A stretch of 49,842 bases of DNA, the filler included, from Fervidicoccaceae archaeon (GTDB lineage Archaea > Thermoproteota > Thermoprotei_A > Sulfolobales > Fervidicoccaceae): the NCBI GenBank assembly GCA_038734945.1. It is 5 parts of 5 records of this genome, joined end to end, with 100 filler letters (N's around TTAATTAATTAA, not from the genome) between each part and the next. Parts side by side here need not be neighbours in the genome. Positions count along the whole stretch, not along the records: positions 1 to 17,858 come from JAVYOA010000004.1; 4 more parts are not named here. One strand, written 5' to 3'. The notes beneath the pieces were generated by a model. It was given only the letters and a program-made list of their open reading frames with translations. It ran no database searches and was not told the origin of the DNA. Within the stretch, counting starts at the first letter, position 1. Each line of letters starts with the position of its first letter. Position numbers and translations under genes: made by a program. Below, one piece after another: positions 1 to 10,033 of the stretch.

Positions 1-1
1 C

Positions 2-2572
2 TATTTTTTCGATCCTGCTTTCTTTTATTAAATCGTCTTTTAGAATTGTTGCAGCTATTTTGTATGGAAGAATTTCTGCATCGTCTTTGATTTTGGGGGG
101 AATTTCCGCACCGTTATGGGGGTCTATTTGTTTCCAGTATAGTTTTCCATCCATCCAAATTCCAATATCGAAGTTTTCTATTCCTCTTTTTATTGATTGT
201 TCAATAGCATTGCGTGTGGTGAGTGGGGCAGATGTTACTGTGTAAAATGTGTCTATTATGCTTCTGAACGTGTATCTGTTTGTTCCTTCGATTAGATCCC
301 AGTTTTGGTTCATTTTTAGGAATTCAGCTAGGTCCCTGAAGCTTATGTCCGTTCTTAGTTTTGGGCCTGTAGCAGGATTCTTCAATCCGGTTTCTACCTG
401 TGGTATTATTGCTGAAGCCGGAGATGTTGTGATCCATTTTATTCCGTCTTTCCCGCCCTCTTTTGTTGGGTATGCGATTCTAGTTAATGCTGAGAGAAGA
501 TGCTCGCTTAGCAGCCTTTCGTTGTCTTGCTTATAGTCTTTCAACTTTTTCTCTTGTAAGTTCCTTATGTCCTTATCTGTATAGTATTCTGTCAGGCTAT
601 CCATGACTTCTTTTGCAGATTTTATCTTTGCTGCGAAGGATAAAAGTGTATTAAAGTCAGCTTGTTTGTGTGGACATACTACAACTACTGTATTTCTGTA
701 AGTTCTTCTACCTTCTTTGCCTTTCATTAGTATTATGTTTCTTACTTCATCTTCGTGTATTTCTGGTTTAACAAGGACTACTAATTTGGGAGATGGATTG
801 TCATCTATTTTGATTTCTTGGAGGAAATCTCCATAGCCTATTACCGTGGTATTTTTCTCTTCGAAGACTTCGCCCTGTTCTTCTTCTCCTTTTTTTCCTT
901 TTTTGGTGAGTAATTCTTTTGCGTATTCTGTTAAAGTTCCGTAAAGTTCAAGTTTTGGCTCATGTAGTTTCTCTTCGGCTTTTCTCTCTACATATTCTAT
1001 TACGGATGGGTATGGTGTGAACCAATAGCGTCCATTTTCTGTTGTGAAGTGGGGCAGTTTGCTTGCCATTTCCTCCAGCATGTCTTTTATGTCTAATGGT
1101 GTCCATTTTTCAGTTGCGAATGTTTCTGGATCAAAAACCATTAGGGCAACTTCCTTTGTATCTGGAAAAACTTTTAAGGGTTCTTTGAAGGTTTCGTAAG
1201 TATAGGATTTTAGGAAAATTGCCGTTGCGATCTTGTATGCTAGTTCACTCTTTGAGCACTCTGATACTGAGCCTAGGTGTCCTTCTTCTGTGACTATGTC
1301 TCTTGAAACAACATCTCTGAATTCTCTGTATCTTTCTGTTAGTACTATATTTCTTATGTCGTTGTCTTTTAGGTCTATATGCCATGGCATAATGAAACTT
1401 GCTTCTTTTTTAATGCGCAGGAATTTTCGAATAACTTTTCTTGTTATTCTTATGGCGTCTCTTGTTTTTTGGAGGTCTCGGTTTCTTGTTACAAATTCCT
1501 GCAGGACTTCTATATATTTTGGGTGAAAGGGGTATGTGTCCATGGCTGAGGATTTTTGTCCAGTTTCTGTGGAATATTGCCAGTCTGATTCTACACCGAA
1601 CAGTTCTGGATGTTCACGGTATTTTCTGTGGAGTTCGTCTTTTGCTTTCGATGCCTCCTCTTTCGGGATCTTTTTGAATATCCTTTTTTGAAGGACCTTT
1701 GCTACATCATCTGGTGAAACTGGAACGACTCTTTTTGTTGATTTTCTTTCTAGGCTTCCTAGGACTTTTTTTGCATAGTCCTTGAACATATCTTCTTCTA
1801 TAAGTTCTTCCTGTTCTCCTCTCTTTCTGTATTCAGCCTGTATGGAAACAACTAACACTGTTTTTGGTGTATCTTCTATGGCTCTGGAGAGGTAATCTAG
1901 AAATAAAAGAACTTTACTTCCGTAGTCTTTAAGGCCTTTGGATTTGTCCACGTTTAATATATAATGAAGTATTTCGTCCATTAAAATCAGAATTGGCTCT
2001 TTTGTTTCAGCTAGTATGCTTTTTAGAAGAGTTACGTCTGGAGCTGGAGCATCTTCGTTGTCGAGATGTTTAACTTTGCTGTAGGCGCCGAGCTTGTAGG
2101 CTAGCATACCCCATATCGTTTTTATGGTGAAGTCTTCAGCTTTGTAAGGTTCTTTTGGGTGGGGAATTAGGTCTGCCCTGCTTCCATCCATGACTATTAT
2201 TGTTGGTTTGCCAGCTTCGGCTATTTTTGCAGCCAATTGTGGGTTAATTTCTTTTAATGTATCTGGGTTGTTAAAGGCGTGGTATAGAGTTATTTGTGTG
2301 TGAGTTTTTCCTCCGCCAAATAATGAAGTTAGAAGGTATATGCTTCCACCTTTTTCATCTTGGAGGTCTTCAGCTATATCTTCTATCAGTTTTTTCATGT
2401 TTTCTGTTAAGTATGTTCTTGCGAAGAATTCCTTTGGATTTGCATATATTGGTTCTTCTTTGCCTTTGAGCAGATCGCCTAAGTCGGGAGCTGCTTTATC
2501 GTCTAGTCTTACATCGTTTATATCATCCCATACTTCCATTAAGCCGTTTTTAATGTAGTTTAATATTCCCAT
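2..2572 (-). CDS. DUF499-family AAA+ ATPase (COG1483-like), 3' end runs off the window
   Basis: Absent from the ORF track because it has no stop in the window. Manual translation from ATG 2572 gives MGILNYIKNGLMEVWDDINDVRLDDKAAPDLGDLL...IYANPKEFFARTYLTENM...LTSLFGGGKTH (Walker A) and later ILMDEI (Walker B). FFARTY and FGGGKTH are typical of DUF499. It lies directly downstream of the DUF1156 methylase. Confidence 0.88.
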   Translation of the reverse strand, partial: MGILNYIKNGLMEVWDDINDVRLDDKAAPDLGDLLKGKEEPIYANPKEFFARTYLTENMKKLIEDIAEDLQDEKGGSIYLLTSLFGGGKTHTQITLYHAFNNPDTLKEINPQLAAKIAEAGKPTIIVMDGSRADLIPHPKEPYKAEDFTIKTIWGMLAYKLGAYSKVKHLDNEDAPAPDVTLLKSILAETKEPILILMDEILHYILNVDKSKGLKDYGSKVLLFLDYLSRAIEDTPKTVLVVSIQAEYRKRGEQEELIEEDMFKDYAKKVLGSLERKSTKRVVPVSPDDVAKVLQKRIFKKIPKEEASKAKDELHRKYREHPELFGVESDWQYSTETGQKSSAMDTYPFHPKYIEVLQEFVTRNRDLQKTRDAIRITRKVIRKFLRIKKEASFIMPWHIDLKDNDIRNIVLTERYREFRDVVSRDIVTEEGHLGSVSECSKSELAYKIATAIFLKSYTYETFKEPLKVFPDTKEVALMVFDPETFATEKWTPLDIKDMLEEMASKLPHFTTENGRYWFTPYPSVIEYVERKAEEKLHEPKLELYGTLTEYAKELLTKKGKKGEEEQGEVFEEKNTTVIGYGDFLQEIKIDDNPSPKLVVLVKPEIHEDEVRNIILMKGKEGRRTYRNTVVVVCPHKQADFNTLLSFAAKIKSAKEVMDSLTEYYTDKDIRNLQEKKLKDYKQDNERLLSEHLLSALTRIAYPTKEGGKDGIKWITTSPASAIIPQVETGLKNPATGPKLRTDISFRDLAEFLKMNQNWDLIEGTNRYTFRSIIDTFYTVTSAPLTTRNAIEQSIKRGIENFDIGIWMDGKLYWKQIDPHNGAEIPPKIKDDAEILPYKIAATILKDDLIKESRIEKI

Positions 2573-2585
2573 TTCTATTCACTTT

Positions 2586-5558
2586 TTATGGGAATAGAGT
2601 TTTATCTCTGGGTGACAAGTAGTCAATCATGCGATTACATAAGCTATATTCCGGGTCTTCTTTTGAAAGGGTTTTTACCAAGATTTTGGCTAATGTTAGA
2701 GCTTCTTCTACATATGTGGGGTAATCATTTTTTAATTGTTCTAATTTGCGCTTGAACTCTTCTCTTGAGAATGTTGCTACATAATATTCTAACATGTGAA
2801 GTGCGTCTATTGTGCATCTTATTTCCGGTTTTTCTGGGTTTATTCCCCTAATTTCTAGGATTTCGGCTAGGCTCGAGCGTTCCGTAGATGGAGGCTCAAT
2901 TAGAGTGTATGTTTTGGATTTTGCCACTTTTGCCCCAGTTTCTTCTTTTCCTTTCAATATCTTCCATGTTTTTATTGCGGTGTTGAGGTCTAAGGATGTG
3001 CCTATGGAAAACAACCTCAGGTCTGTGCTTTCAAGGATCTTATTCTTTGCTCCTGGCAATATTGATTTTATTAGTAAGTAGAACATAGCGTCAGGATTTT
3101 TCACCCCCTCGTTTAGCTCAGCCTTTTTTGCTAGGGCTGTTGCCAAGCCTAGATAAGTTGCTGGGTAAACATAATTGTCAACAAGTGTTTTGATGTCTAA
3201 TTTCCCCATGGCCTTTATTTCGCGGTATTTTGTGGCTGCGGCTAAAGAAGCGGCGAGGGTCCCAATAACAAGATCTCTACCAGTTACGCCGAGGTCCATT
3301 AACTCTCTTGCCCTTTTTGCTGATTCTTCAACCATTTGGTTGTAAAGCTCTGAGGCTTCGATTGAACCTTGACAGCCCTTCCTCCAAACAACAACTATAC
3401 TTGTATCCATGGATAGCTTTTCTCTTTTGACTACACTTTGGGCTGACTCAGTTGTTATTGGAAAAGCATTTGTAACCATTAGACCCGTAGCTTCCCATCC
3501 TGCCTCTAGAAGAGCTTTCCAAGCGTCTGGATCTGTGTGGGCATAGTATGTAACTAGCAAACCGTTATCCTCAAGCCTAGAAGCCATAGTAATAAATGAA
3601 GAGTTGAGGAGGTTCTGGAAATGCTTAACACCATCTTCTTTCTTGGCATCTGCGCCAAGTCTAGGCGGGTTAAGGCTGACCTCACTTAGGGCATACTTCT
3701 CCCACTGTGTCGAAACCTCAACCCAACCATCACCAACTTTCTCAAAGAAGGCTTCTGGCAGGAAGCGGGGAACAAGCCTGCCGTTCTCAACATCGCTCAA
3801 AGCCCTCTTAAGCCAAACATAATAGAAATCACTAAGCTCAGCATAAGGAACATCATCATAATAAGGCGGATCGGAAACAATCAAGTCGAACTTTTCGTCC
3901 CCAAGCTTGCCGAGTACTGTGGCATCATCCAACACAACTTCAACATGACTAGGACTACCAGAAATAGCGTTGAAAAGGTATTGGATACTTTTCACAATAG
4001 TGCTTAGATTCGCGCTATAAGAGCCGGTAGTATTTGTCCAAGGTGAAAGCTCGGAAAAATTCCATTGCATGGCAATACCTCTAACAGCGAGCGTATGTTG
4101 TACTATTTCAAATCCTGGATTCCAAGCAGTCGAAACCGAATTAAAATCTACAAATTTGATGAGAGATGCTGCTAGGTATGTTGTTACTGCTTCTGCGTAT
4201 TTGTATGCTTTCTGTTTGTCCCAGCCCTGCTCCAGCTTCTCCTCCTCTACTCTTCTACCGGCTTCGCGTATTAGCTTAACGAGTTTAGTAAGCGTTAGAA
4301 GCTGACGCGGATTAAACAGCTTATACCACTTGTCAAAACCATAAAAAATAACCCACATGCTTCTTGCTTCGTAGACAGGTAATGCTTCTCTTGGTACGTC
4401 TGGGTCGCCTTCTTGTAGCAATTTCTTCACTTCACTTCTTGCCAATTCAAGTTTTTCCTGGTCTTTTTCTGTACATGGCTCGAACTCCAGATTACCATTC
4501 TTCATTTTAACTTTTACAAGCAGTCTCTGTCTCGCTAAAACTTCTGTGCTCCCCCCTTCCATGCTTTGGTTATATGTTTTTATAGCATATTTCACGTAGC
4601 TCTCAAGTCTCTCCCTAACCTCTTTAGGTAAACTCTTTGTTTCAGTATAGTGCCTTCCATTCTGCAGATCCACTTTCATTATTGGTTGATGGCAGAATAA
4701 GCACACGGCCTTTTCACGTCGTGCTTCAATGTTGCTTTCTGGAACATAAAACTCTCTGCCATTGGTTTGAATTCTTAAACCAGAAACCTTTGCGCTTTTA
4801 ACAGCCCTATTCCCTAACTCCCTATTCAAATCAACGACTCTAATCCTAACATTATCACCTTCTATAACTGGCTCCATCCAAGCAAGCCTTTCATAGCCAT
4901 TATTGCTCTTGACCCTTGCAAGCCACCAGTTCCCAACAAGTGGAGTCCAACGCCCACAATGCGGGCACTTAATTTCCCAAGAACCAATGTAGACAGCTGT
5001 CTCTTTATCATACAACTCCTGAATAAGTGGATCCTCTTTAAGACGCTCAATAATCCACTTGCCCCACTTCTCTACATCACGCACAAGTCTTTCGCCATAA
5101 TTGTTAGGATATTCCAAAACAGTCTTCAAAAAAATATAAGCCACAGGCAAAAGGTCCGTGGCAGTAACATTTAAACCTAACCTTAAACCCTCAAGCGGAA
5201 TGGAGCCAAAACCCGCAAAAGGATCCAATAGCTTAACGCCCTCAAAACGGTAACGAGGCTTAACCCTATGAGGCGTTTCTTCAAATTTTATACGTCCATT
5301 AGCCTGCTTCTCCTTACGCCTAATGCCGATATTATGTAAAAATTCGTTAACATTTGTCTTCTCAGGCAATAAGCTACCTGCAGTAATAGCCCTAGCAGAA
5401 ATCAAAGGTTTTCGAGTCCACCAAAAGACCATTTCCCAATGAGGAGGTCTCCCAGGGCCTTTCTCAACAGCAGAAGCCTCACTAATAACACTGAAGGGAA
5501 AATTAAAAGACTCAATAAAGCGCCTGTCTATCTTATTATCATTATCTTTAACTATCAA
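2586..5558 (-). CDS. DUF1156-domain adenine-specific DNA methyltransferase with Zn ribbon (COG1743-like)
   Basis: N-terminal FWWTRKPL, SAM-binding motif I LLDPFAGFGSIP, CPHC and CLFC Zn-ribbon pairs, catalytic motif IV SDPPYYD; 990 aa. Confidence 0.9.
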   Translation of the reverse strand: MIVKDNDNKIDRRFIESFNFPFSVISEASAVEKGPGRPPHWEMVFWWTRKPLISARAITAGSLLPEKTNVNEFLHNIGIRRKEKQANGRIKFEETPHRVKPRYRFEGVKLLDPFAGFGSIPLEGLRLGLNVTATDLLPVAYIFLKTVLEYPNNYGERLVRDVEKWGKWIIERLKEDPLIQELYDKETAVYIGSWEIKCPHCGRWTPLVGNWWLARVKSNNGYERLAWMEPVIEGDNVRIRVVDLNRELGNRAVKSAKVSGLRIQTNGREFYVPESNIEARREKAVCLFCHQPIMKVDLQNGRHYTETKSLPKEVRERLESYVKYAIKTYNQSMEGGSTEVLARQRLLVKVKMKNGNLEFEPCTEKDQEKLELARSEVKKLLQEGDPDVPREALPVYEARSMWVIFYGFDKWYKLFNPRQLLTLTKLVKLIREAGRRVEEEKLEQGWDKQKAYKYAEAVTTYLAASLIKFVDFNSVSTAWNPGFEIVQHTLAVRGIAMQWNFSELSPWTNTTGSYSANLSTIVKSIQYLFNAISGSPSHVEVVLDDATVLGKLGDEKFDLIVSDPPYYDDVPYAELSDFYYVWLKRALSDVENGRLVPRFLPEAFFEKVGDGWVEVSTQWEKYALSEVSLNPPRLGADAKKEDGVKHFQNLLNSSFITMASRLEDNGLLVTYYAHTDPDAWKALLEAGWEATGLMVTNAFPITTESAQSVVKREKLSMDTSIVVVWRKGCQGSIEASELYNQMVEESAKRARELMDLGVTGRDLVIGTLAASLAAATKYREIKAMGKLDIKTLVDNYVYPATYLGLATALAKKAELNEGVKNPDAMFYLLIKSILPGAKNKILESTDLRLFSIGTSLDLNTAIKTWKILKGKEETGAKVAKSKTYTLIEPPSTERSSLAEILEIRGINPEKPEIRCTIDALHMLEYYVATFSREEFKRKLEQLKNDYPTYVEEALTLAKILVKTLSKEDPEYSLCNRMIDYLSPRDKTLFP

Positions 5559-6931
5559 CCAGCATCACATCCCAATAATATGATCCAGGACATTATATAT
5601 AAACCTTAAAATATAGTTGATGACACGTAGTCGGCAAATCAATAAGTAAAGACATATCAAAATATCCAAGTTCTTAAGTGGCAGGAAGGGCAAACTATAA
5701 AGGGAAAACTTCTAACAAAAATGATTCTCCTTAAAACTTTAGAAACGAAAAAGCTACAGAAAAGCTTAGAACTGTAAAGAGAAAGATGATGAAATACTTA
5801 TTAATAATTAACAATTTGATAGCTTATCAGCAACACAGTGAGTTAATAGATCTTTGAGTTTAAAACTAAGCTACTTCAATTTTCGCTAAAAATGACTTGA
5901 TGAAAAAAGGAGCAGGATATTCAAGTATGTTTATTAAAAGTAACGTTATAATTGGAATTTTCCACTTATCCTCAAACATAACCTAATCCCGAGAAAGAAC
6001 AAAATACAACAAAAAAAGCTCTCGATAAAACATACTATTATCCTTTCCTAGAGTCTATTAGTTGAACTTAATAAAAGCTTCTTTTCTCTGAAGATATCAA
6101 ATTCTATTTTTCAAATAAAGGGATAATGCATACTGACAGATTATGGGAAAACTTTCAAAAAAATAATATTAGACATAGCTCGAGATAATTCGCTTGCCAG
6201 GTGATGAATTCAGCTAAAAATCCTTAAAAGCTATTATAGCACAAACTTTGGAAAAACTCCTTAGTAGCCCTCTCAATCTCCTCAGAACTTTCAAGGCTTA
6301 TCAAAAATAGCATTAGAAGGGAATAGTCTGAGCAGAAGGCAGTGTCTTGGATTTGTAGTCCATTGTTGTGATCTTCTTCAGATTTGGCTTCTTCGTGCAA
6401 TTTTTTGGTCATTTTGACTTTTCTTTGTCTATGAAGAATTATGGGTTATTTATGTTGGCTACTATGACGGAATTCACACGGCTTCATTGCTAATTAAGAT
6501 CGTGTTCGTGTGGGAGCTTAATGCCGTTTATAATAGAAGCGAACTAAATCTATTCCTCGTAGAAATATTAGGATTTTTTGAACCATCCTCCTTAAAATCG
6601 GTTAATTGAGTTTGATGATCTTTTTTGGAACTAAAAAACACATACCAGAAACAATACCGAGTTATGGCATACACTTTATATTAGGCATATTCATCCAGAT
6701 AAAAATTTCTCATGTGAATACTCATTTATGAAAAAAGGTTTGTCTTTTAGGGCAAAGGTAAGGTCAGTTTTATAGTGGGCAGAAGATAGCATCTTTCTAT
6801 CCTGACTAGATCTTACTTAGGTTTAGACACCCGGACATCGTTAACTTTCAATCAAATCTAAAACGTTTCATGAACTTCTTTTCATAACAACGAAATGGCA
6901 TTCATAAGTCATTAGATACTAGTAATTTAGG

Positions 6932-7006
6932 CGGGCCCGCGGGGATTTGAACCCCGGACCACCAGCTTAGGAGGCTGGCGCCCTATCCTGGCTGGGCTAC
7001 GGGCCC
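6932..7006 (-). tRNA. tRNA-Arg (anticodon CCT), no intron, CCA not encoded
   Basis: Minus strand GGGCCCGTAGCCCAGCCAGGATAGGGCGCCAGCCTCCTAAGCTGGTGGTCCGGGGTTCAAATCCCCGCGGGCCCG: 7-bp acceptor stem, anticodon arm CCAGC-CTCCTAA-GCTGG, T-loop GTTCAAATC. Confidence 0.96.
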
Positions 7007-7043
7007 CTATTTTTTAGCTCAACAACTCCCTTATTTTACTTTT

Positions 7044-7343
7044 CTATAGCAGTTCAATAGTTGCTTCATGGTGACTTAGCTTTTCCGAGAGCTGACTGAG
7101 AAAATCAAATGAGTCCTCAATTTCCTTGCACACAATTTTCAATACAAAACCCATTTCGCCAGATCCAGGAGATAGCGGCTTCCTGAATGATGGCTGAGAG
7201 ATAATGAGGCACCCCTTCTGGCTAATTCCTACAATTGCTCCGCCTATGCTGGCTCTTTTTGAAAGCAGCTCAGAAATGCTGCTAGAAACAGCCATCATTT
7301 TCTGAGCTTCATATATTCTAATGAAGAGCTTCAGCTCCATCAA
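7044..7343 (-). CDS. hypothetical protein
   Basis: 99-aa ORF filling the gap between the tRNA and ogt, with host-like codon usage; no motif recognised. Confidence 0.5.
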   Translation of the reverse strand: MMELKLFIRIYEAQKMMAVSSSISELLSKRASIGGAIVGISQKGCLIISQPSFRKPLSPGSGEMGFVLKIVCKEIEDSFDFLSQLSEKLSHHEATIELL

Positions 7344-7482
7344 TTTTCATCACTTTCCATAATGAGCAAATGAAGATAAAAAACTTCTATTTTTTATAGA
7401 GCCATTTCAAAGAATAAAAATCCATGTATTTCAGAACTTCCTGAAAAAGAGGCTCCTGCATATGAAAAAAGGAGTAGATAGA

Positions 7483-7776
7483 ATGGAAATTCTCAGCATT
7501 TTTCTTCAGATTATTCCCCCCGGAAAGGTGACAACTTACGCCTCACTGGCAAGGCTGCTGGGGACCTCTCCAAGAGCTGTAGGCAAATTGCTTTCAAAAA
7601 ATAGATCTCCAATAATTGTGCCATGCCACAGAGTTGTGAAATCCAGCGGAGACATAGGAGGCTACTCTCTCGGTGCTAACATGAAAAAGAAGCTCCTTGC
7701 CCTTGAAGGCGTAAAAATCAATGGCAATAAGATCAGCAAGGATAGCATTTTCCTCCTAGACGAATTTCTCCACTAA
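7483..7776 (+). CDS. ogt: methylated-DNA--protein-cysteine methyltransferase (MGMT/Ogt C-terminal domain only)
   Basis: IPPGKVTTY, HTH with SPRAVG, active site PCHRVV, GGYS. Start placed at ATG 7483 after the GGAG RBS (track start 7462). Confidence 0.88.
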   Translation: MEILSIFLQIIPPGKVTTYASLARLLGTSPRAVGKLLSKNRSPIIVPCHRVVKSSGDIGGYSLGANMKKKLLALEGVKINGNKISKDSIFLLDEFLH

Positions 7777-8675
7777 ATTTGGGAATTCGAAAGACCTACC
7801 TTGACAGCAACATTTTTTGCTAGCTTTTCAAGCTCCTCATGAACTGCTGTTCCATTACCAATCTCGTAAATCGGGGATCCCTCGTCATGTGCCCTTCTCA
7901 CTGCCTCATTTAGAGGGATTCTAGCTAGGATCTCCAAGCCATAGTCTCTCGCTATGGCTTCTGCTGAGCTTTTTCCCAAAATCTCAATTTTTTCTCCGTT
8001 AGAGCAAACATAGTAGCTCATGTTTTCCACAATGCCAAGAATTGGTATATCGAGCTTTCTGGAGAAGTTCACTGCCTTTCTCACTATCCCCTCTGAAAGC
8101 TTTCCAGGTATTGTAACTATGATTGAGTGCCTTGGAGGTGGAACATATTGGGCAACAGTTATTGATTCATCTCCTGTTCCTGGAGGAAGGTCTATGATCA
8201 TTATATGCGGATCATCCCACCTAGTAAGTGCCAAAGTCTGCAAAATGAATTTTGTCCTCAGCGAGCCCTGCCAGATCAGAGGAGTGGACTTATCAGTTAA
8301 AAGGGGCTCAACGCTCATTATCTGAATCCCTTCATCGGTGAGATAGGGAATCAGCTCCCCTGTTTCCTCATCCATATATATCTCTGCCTTTCTCTCACCA
8401 AGGAAAAAGGGAACAGATGCTCCTGTCTCATCAGCATCATAGAGGGCAACTCTGAACCCAATTCTTCGAAGGTACTGGGCGAGCGATACAGCAATGAACG
8501 TTTTTCCAACGCCACCCTTTCCGCTCATTACCATTATCTTAGCAGGAATTTGGGACAGCCTTTCTCTTGCCTTCTCAATGTACTCGTCAATTTCGCTCTT
8601 TCCTTCCTGCTTCTGTGGTGACCCAGGTGCTGAAATTCCCCCCCTTATTCTGAGATCCTTCTTTGCCTGCGACAT
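7773..8675 (-). CDS. Mrp/Nbp35 (ApbC) family P-loop ATPase
   Basis: SGKGGVGKT deviant Walker A, PLIWQG, DLPPGTGDE, GIVENMS. Confidence 0.9.
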   Translation of the reverse strand: MSQAKKDLRIRGGISAPGSPQKQEGKSEIDEYIEKARERLSQIPAKIMVMSGKGGVGKTFIAVSLAQYLRRIGFRVALYDADETGASVPFFLGERKAEIYMDEETGELIPYLTDEGIQIMSVEPLLTDKSTPLIWQGSLRTKFILQTLALTRWDDPHIMIIDLPPGTGDESITVAQYVPPPRHSIIVTIPGKLSEGIVRKAVNFSRKLDIPILGIVENMSYYVCSNGEKIEILGKSSAEAIARDYGLEILARIPLNEAVRRAHDEGSPIYEIGNGTAVHEELEKLAKNVAVKVGLSNSQI

Positions 8676-8763
8676 ATCAACCTACAGCTCCAGATAACAC
8701 AATGTTTAATTCTCGAGCTAATAAAAAAAATTTCGCAGCCTGCTCAAATGGGGAGATGATTCG

Positions 8764-9579
8764 TTGCGCGAGAGCGGAAAATGCAGGGAAATCGATAGAA
8801 GATCTTTTCTCGTGGTGGGAGACATAGCTATAGTGAACATCTCCAGCGAGGAAGAAATTGAAAATGCGAGAGAGCTCGCAAAATGCATTTCTGAAGAATC
8901 ACCATACATAAAGGCTGTTTTCGCAAAGCAGTCCACAGAGGGAGAGTTTAGAATAGCAAAGCTCATCCACTTGCATGGAGAGAGAAGAACAGAAACCATA
9001 GCTAAGGAATATGGGCTGAGATTTGCCGTTGATATTGGAAGGGCCTACTACAATCCAAGGCTCACTGAAGAGCACAGAAGGATAGCAATGAGCTGCAGTG
9101 ATGATGAAATAATTCTGGATCTATTTTCCGGCATTGGGGGCTTCTCACTGCACATAGCCAGCTTGAAAAGAGCATTTATCTTTGCCAACGATTGGAACAA
9201 GGAAGCCATTTCTCTCCTCCTCAAATCAGTTCTTCTGAACAAGAAGAAGCTGAAGGGATCAATATATGCTACAGCCATGGACGCTCTGAATCTAATTCAG
9301 GAAATCGAGGGAAAAATATCCTTTGATAGAATAATTATGAACAGCCCAACGAATTCCATTCTCTATCTTGAGCCAGCAATCAGAGCGGCAAAAAGAGGGG
9401 GGATCATACATCTCTACACCCTTCAGCAGAAGGATTTCAATAGCTCTGAGCTGATCAGCTTCTTGGGAAATAAAGTAGCTCTTGAAAATGCCGTAGAGGT
9501 GCTGGAGTACTCACCATCCAAGAGCATATTCAGACTGGATCTGAGGGTTGTTGGCCCTCATCAAGACCAAGCAGAATAA
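8764..9579 (+). CDS. Trm5/Tyw2-family SAM-dependent tRNA methyltransferase
   Basis: VGDIAI, GEFR, KEYG, YYNPRL, LDLFSGIGGF, FDRIIMNSP (NLP-like motif). Confidence 0.85.
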   Translation: MRESGKCREIDRRSFLVVGDIAIVNISSEEEIENARELAKCISEESPYIKAVFAKQSTEGEFRIAKLIHLHGERRTETIAKEYGLRFAVDIGRAYYNPRLTEEHRRIAMSCSDDEIILDLFSGIGGFSLHIASLKRAFIFANDWNKEAISLLLKSVLLNKKKLKGSIYATAMDALNLIQEIEGKISFDRIIMNSPTNSILYLEPAIRAAKRGGIIHLYTLQQKDFNSSELISFLGNKVALENAVEVLEYSPSKSIFRLDLRVVGPHQDQAE

Positions 9580-9991
9580 CGAGGAGCTCCTCACCGCTCG
9601 AGAGCTTTGATATCAGCTCTCTGCTCAAGCTGGATGCGGACTTGTCTGCCTCTATGCACAGAGTCGACTCATCAATGTAAGAGCTTCTCCTTATTATCAT
9701 CTTCCTCTCGCTCGATAGGGGAAGCCTCTCATCCCCCCTGCAGTGAACAGAATCAACAGCACCACCAGCCATGAACAGAACAACAATCTCTTTTCCTTTC
9801 CTTATGAATTCCTTTGCCCCATCTCTCAGCCCAGACAGGCCAGCACTTGACATTATGCCTATTATGCAGTCTCCCCTCTCTGTCAGAAAATCATCTCTCG
9901 TGACTTCTATCGTGGTTCTATGAGTTGCCCTGACGTTCCTGTGTCCGCGAGCCCTAATTATGTCAAGAGGAACAATTCTGCAGTTTCCCAA
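9530..9991 (-). CDS. DUF371 family protein
   Basis: ARGHRNVRATHRTTIEVT, RGDCIIG, IRRSSY, ADKSA. Confidence 0.85.
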   Translation of the reverse strand: MGNCRIVPLDIIRARGHRNVRATHRTTIEVTRDDFLTERGDCIIGIMSSAGLSGLRDGAKEFIRKGKEIVVLFMAGGAVDSVHCRGDERLPLSSERKMIIRRSSYIDESTLCIEADKSASSLSRELISKLSSGEELLVILLGLDEGQQPSDPV

Positions 9992-10033
9992 TCTAACCCC
10001 CAGATTTTTTATTATTTGAAATAAAATAACTTA

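Noticed and set aside
60..2558. Short plus-strand ORFs in the track (60-245, 249-536, 1233-1526, 1441-1677, 2340-2558)
   Set aside because: Antisense shadows of the long minus-strand DUF499 gene that the track missed
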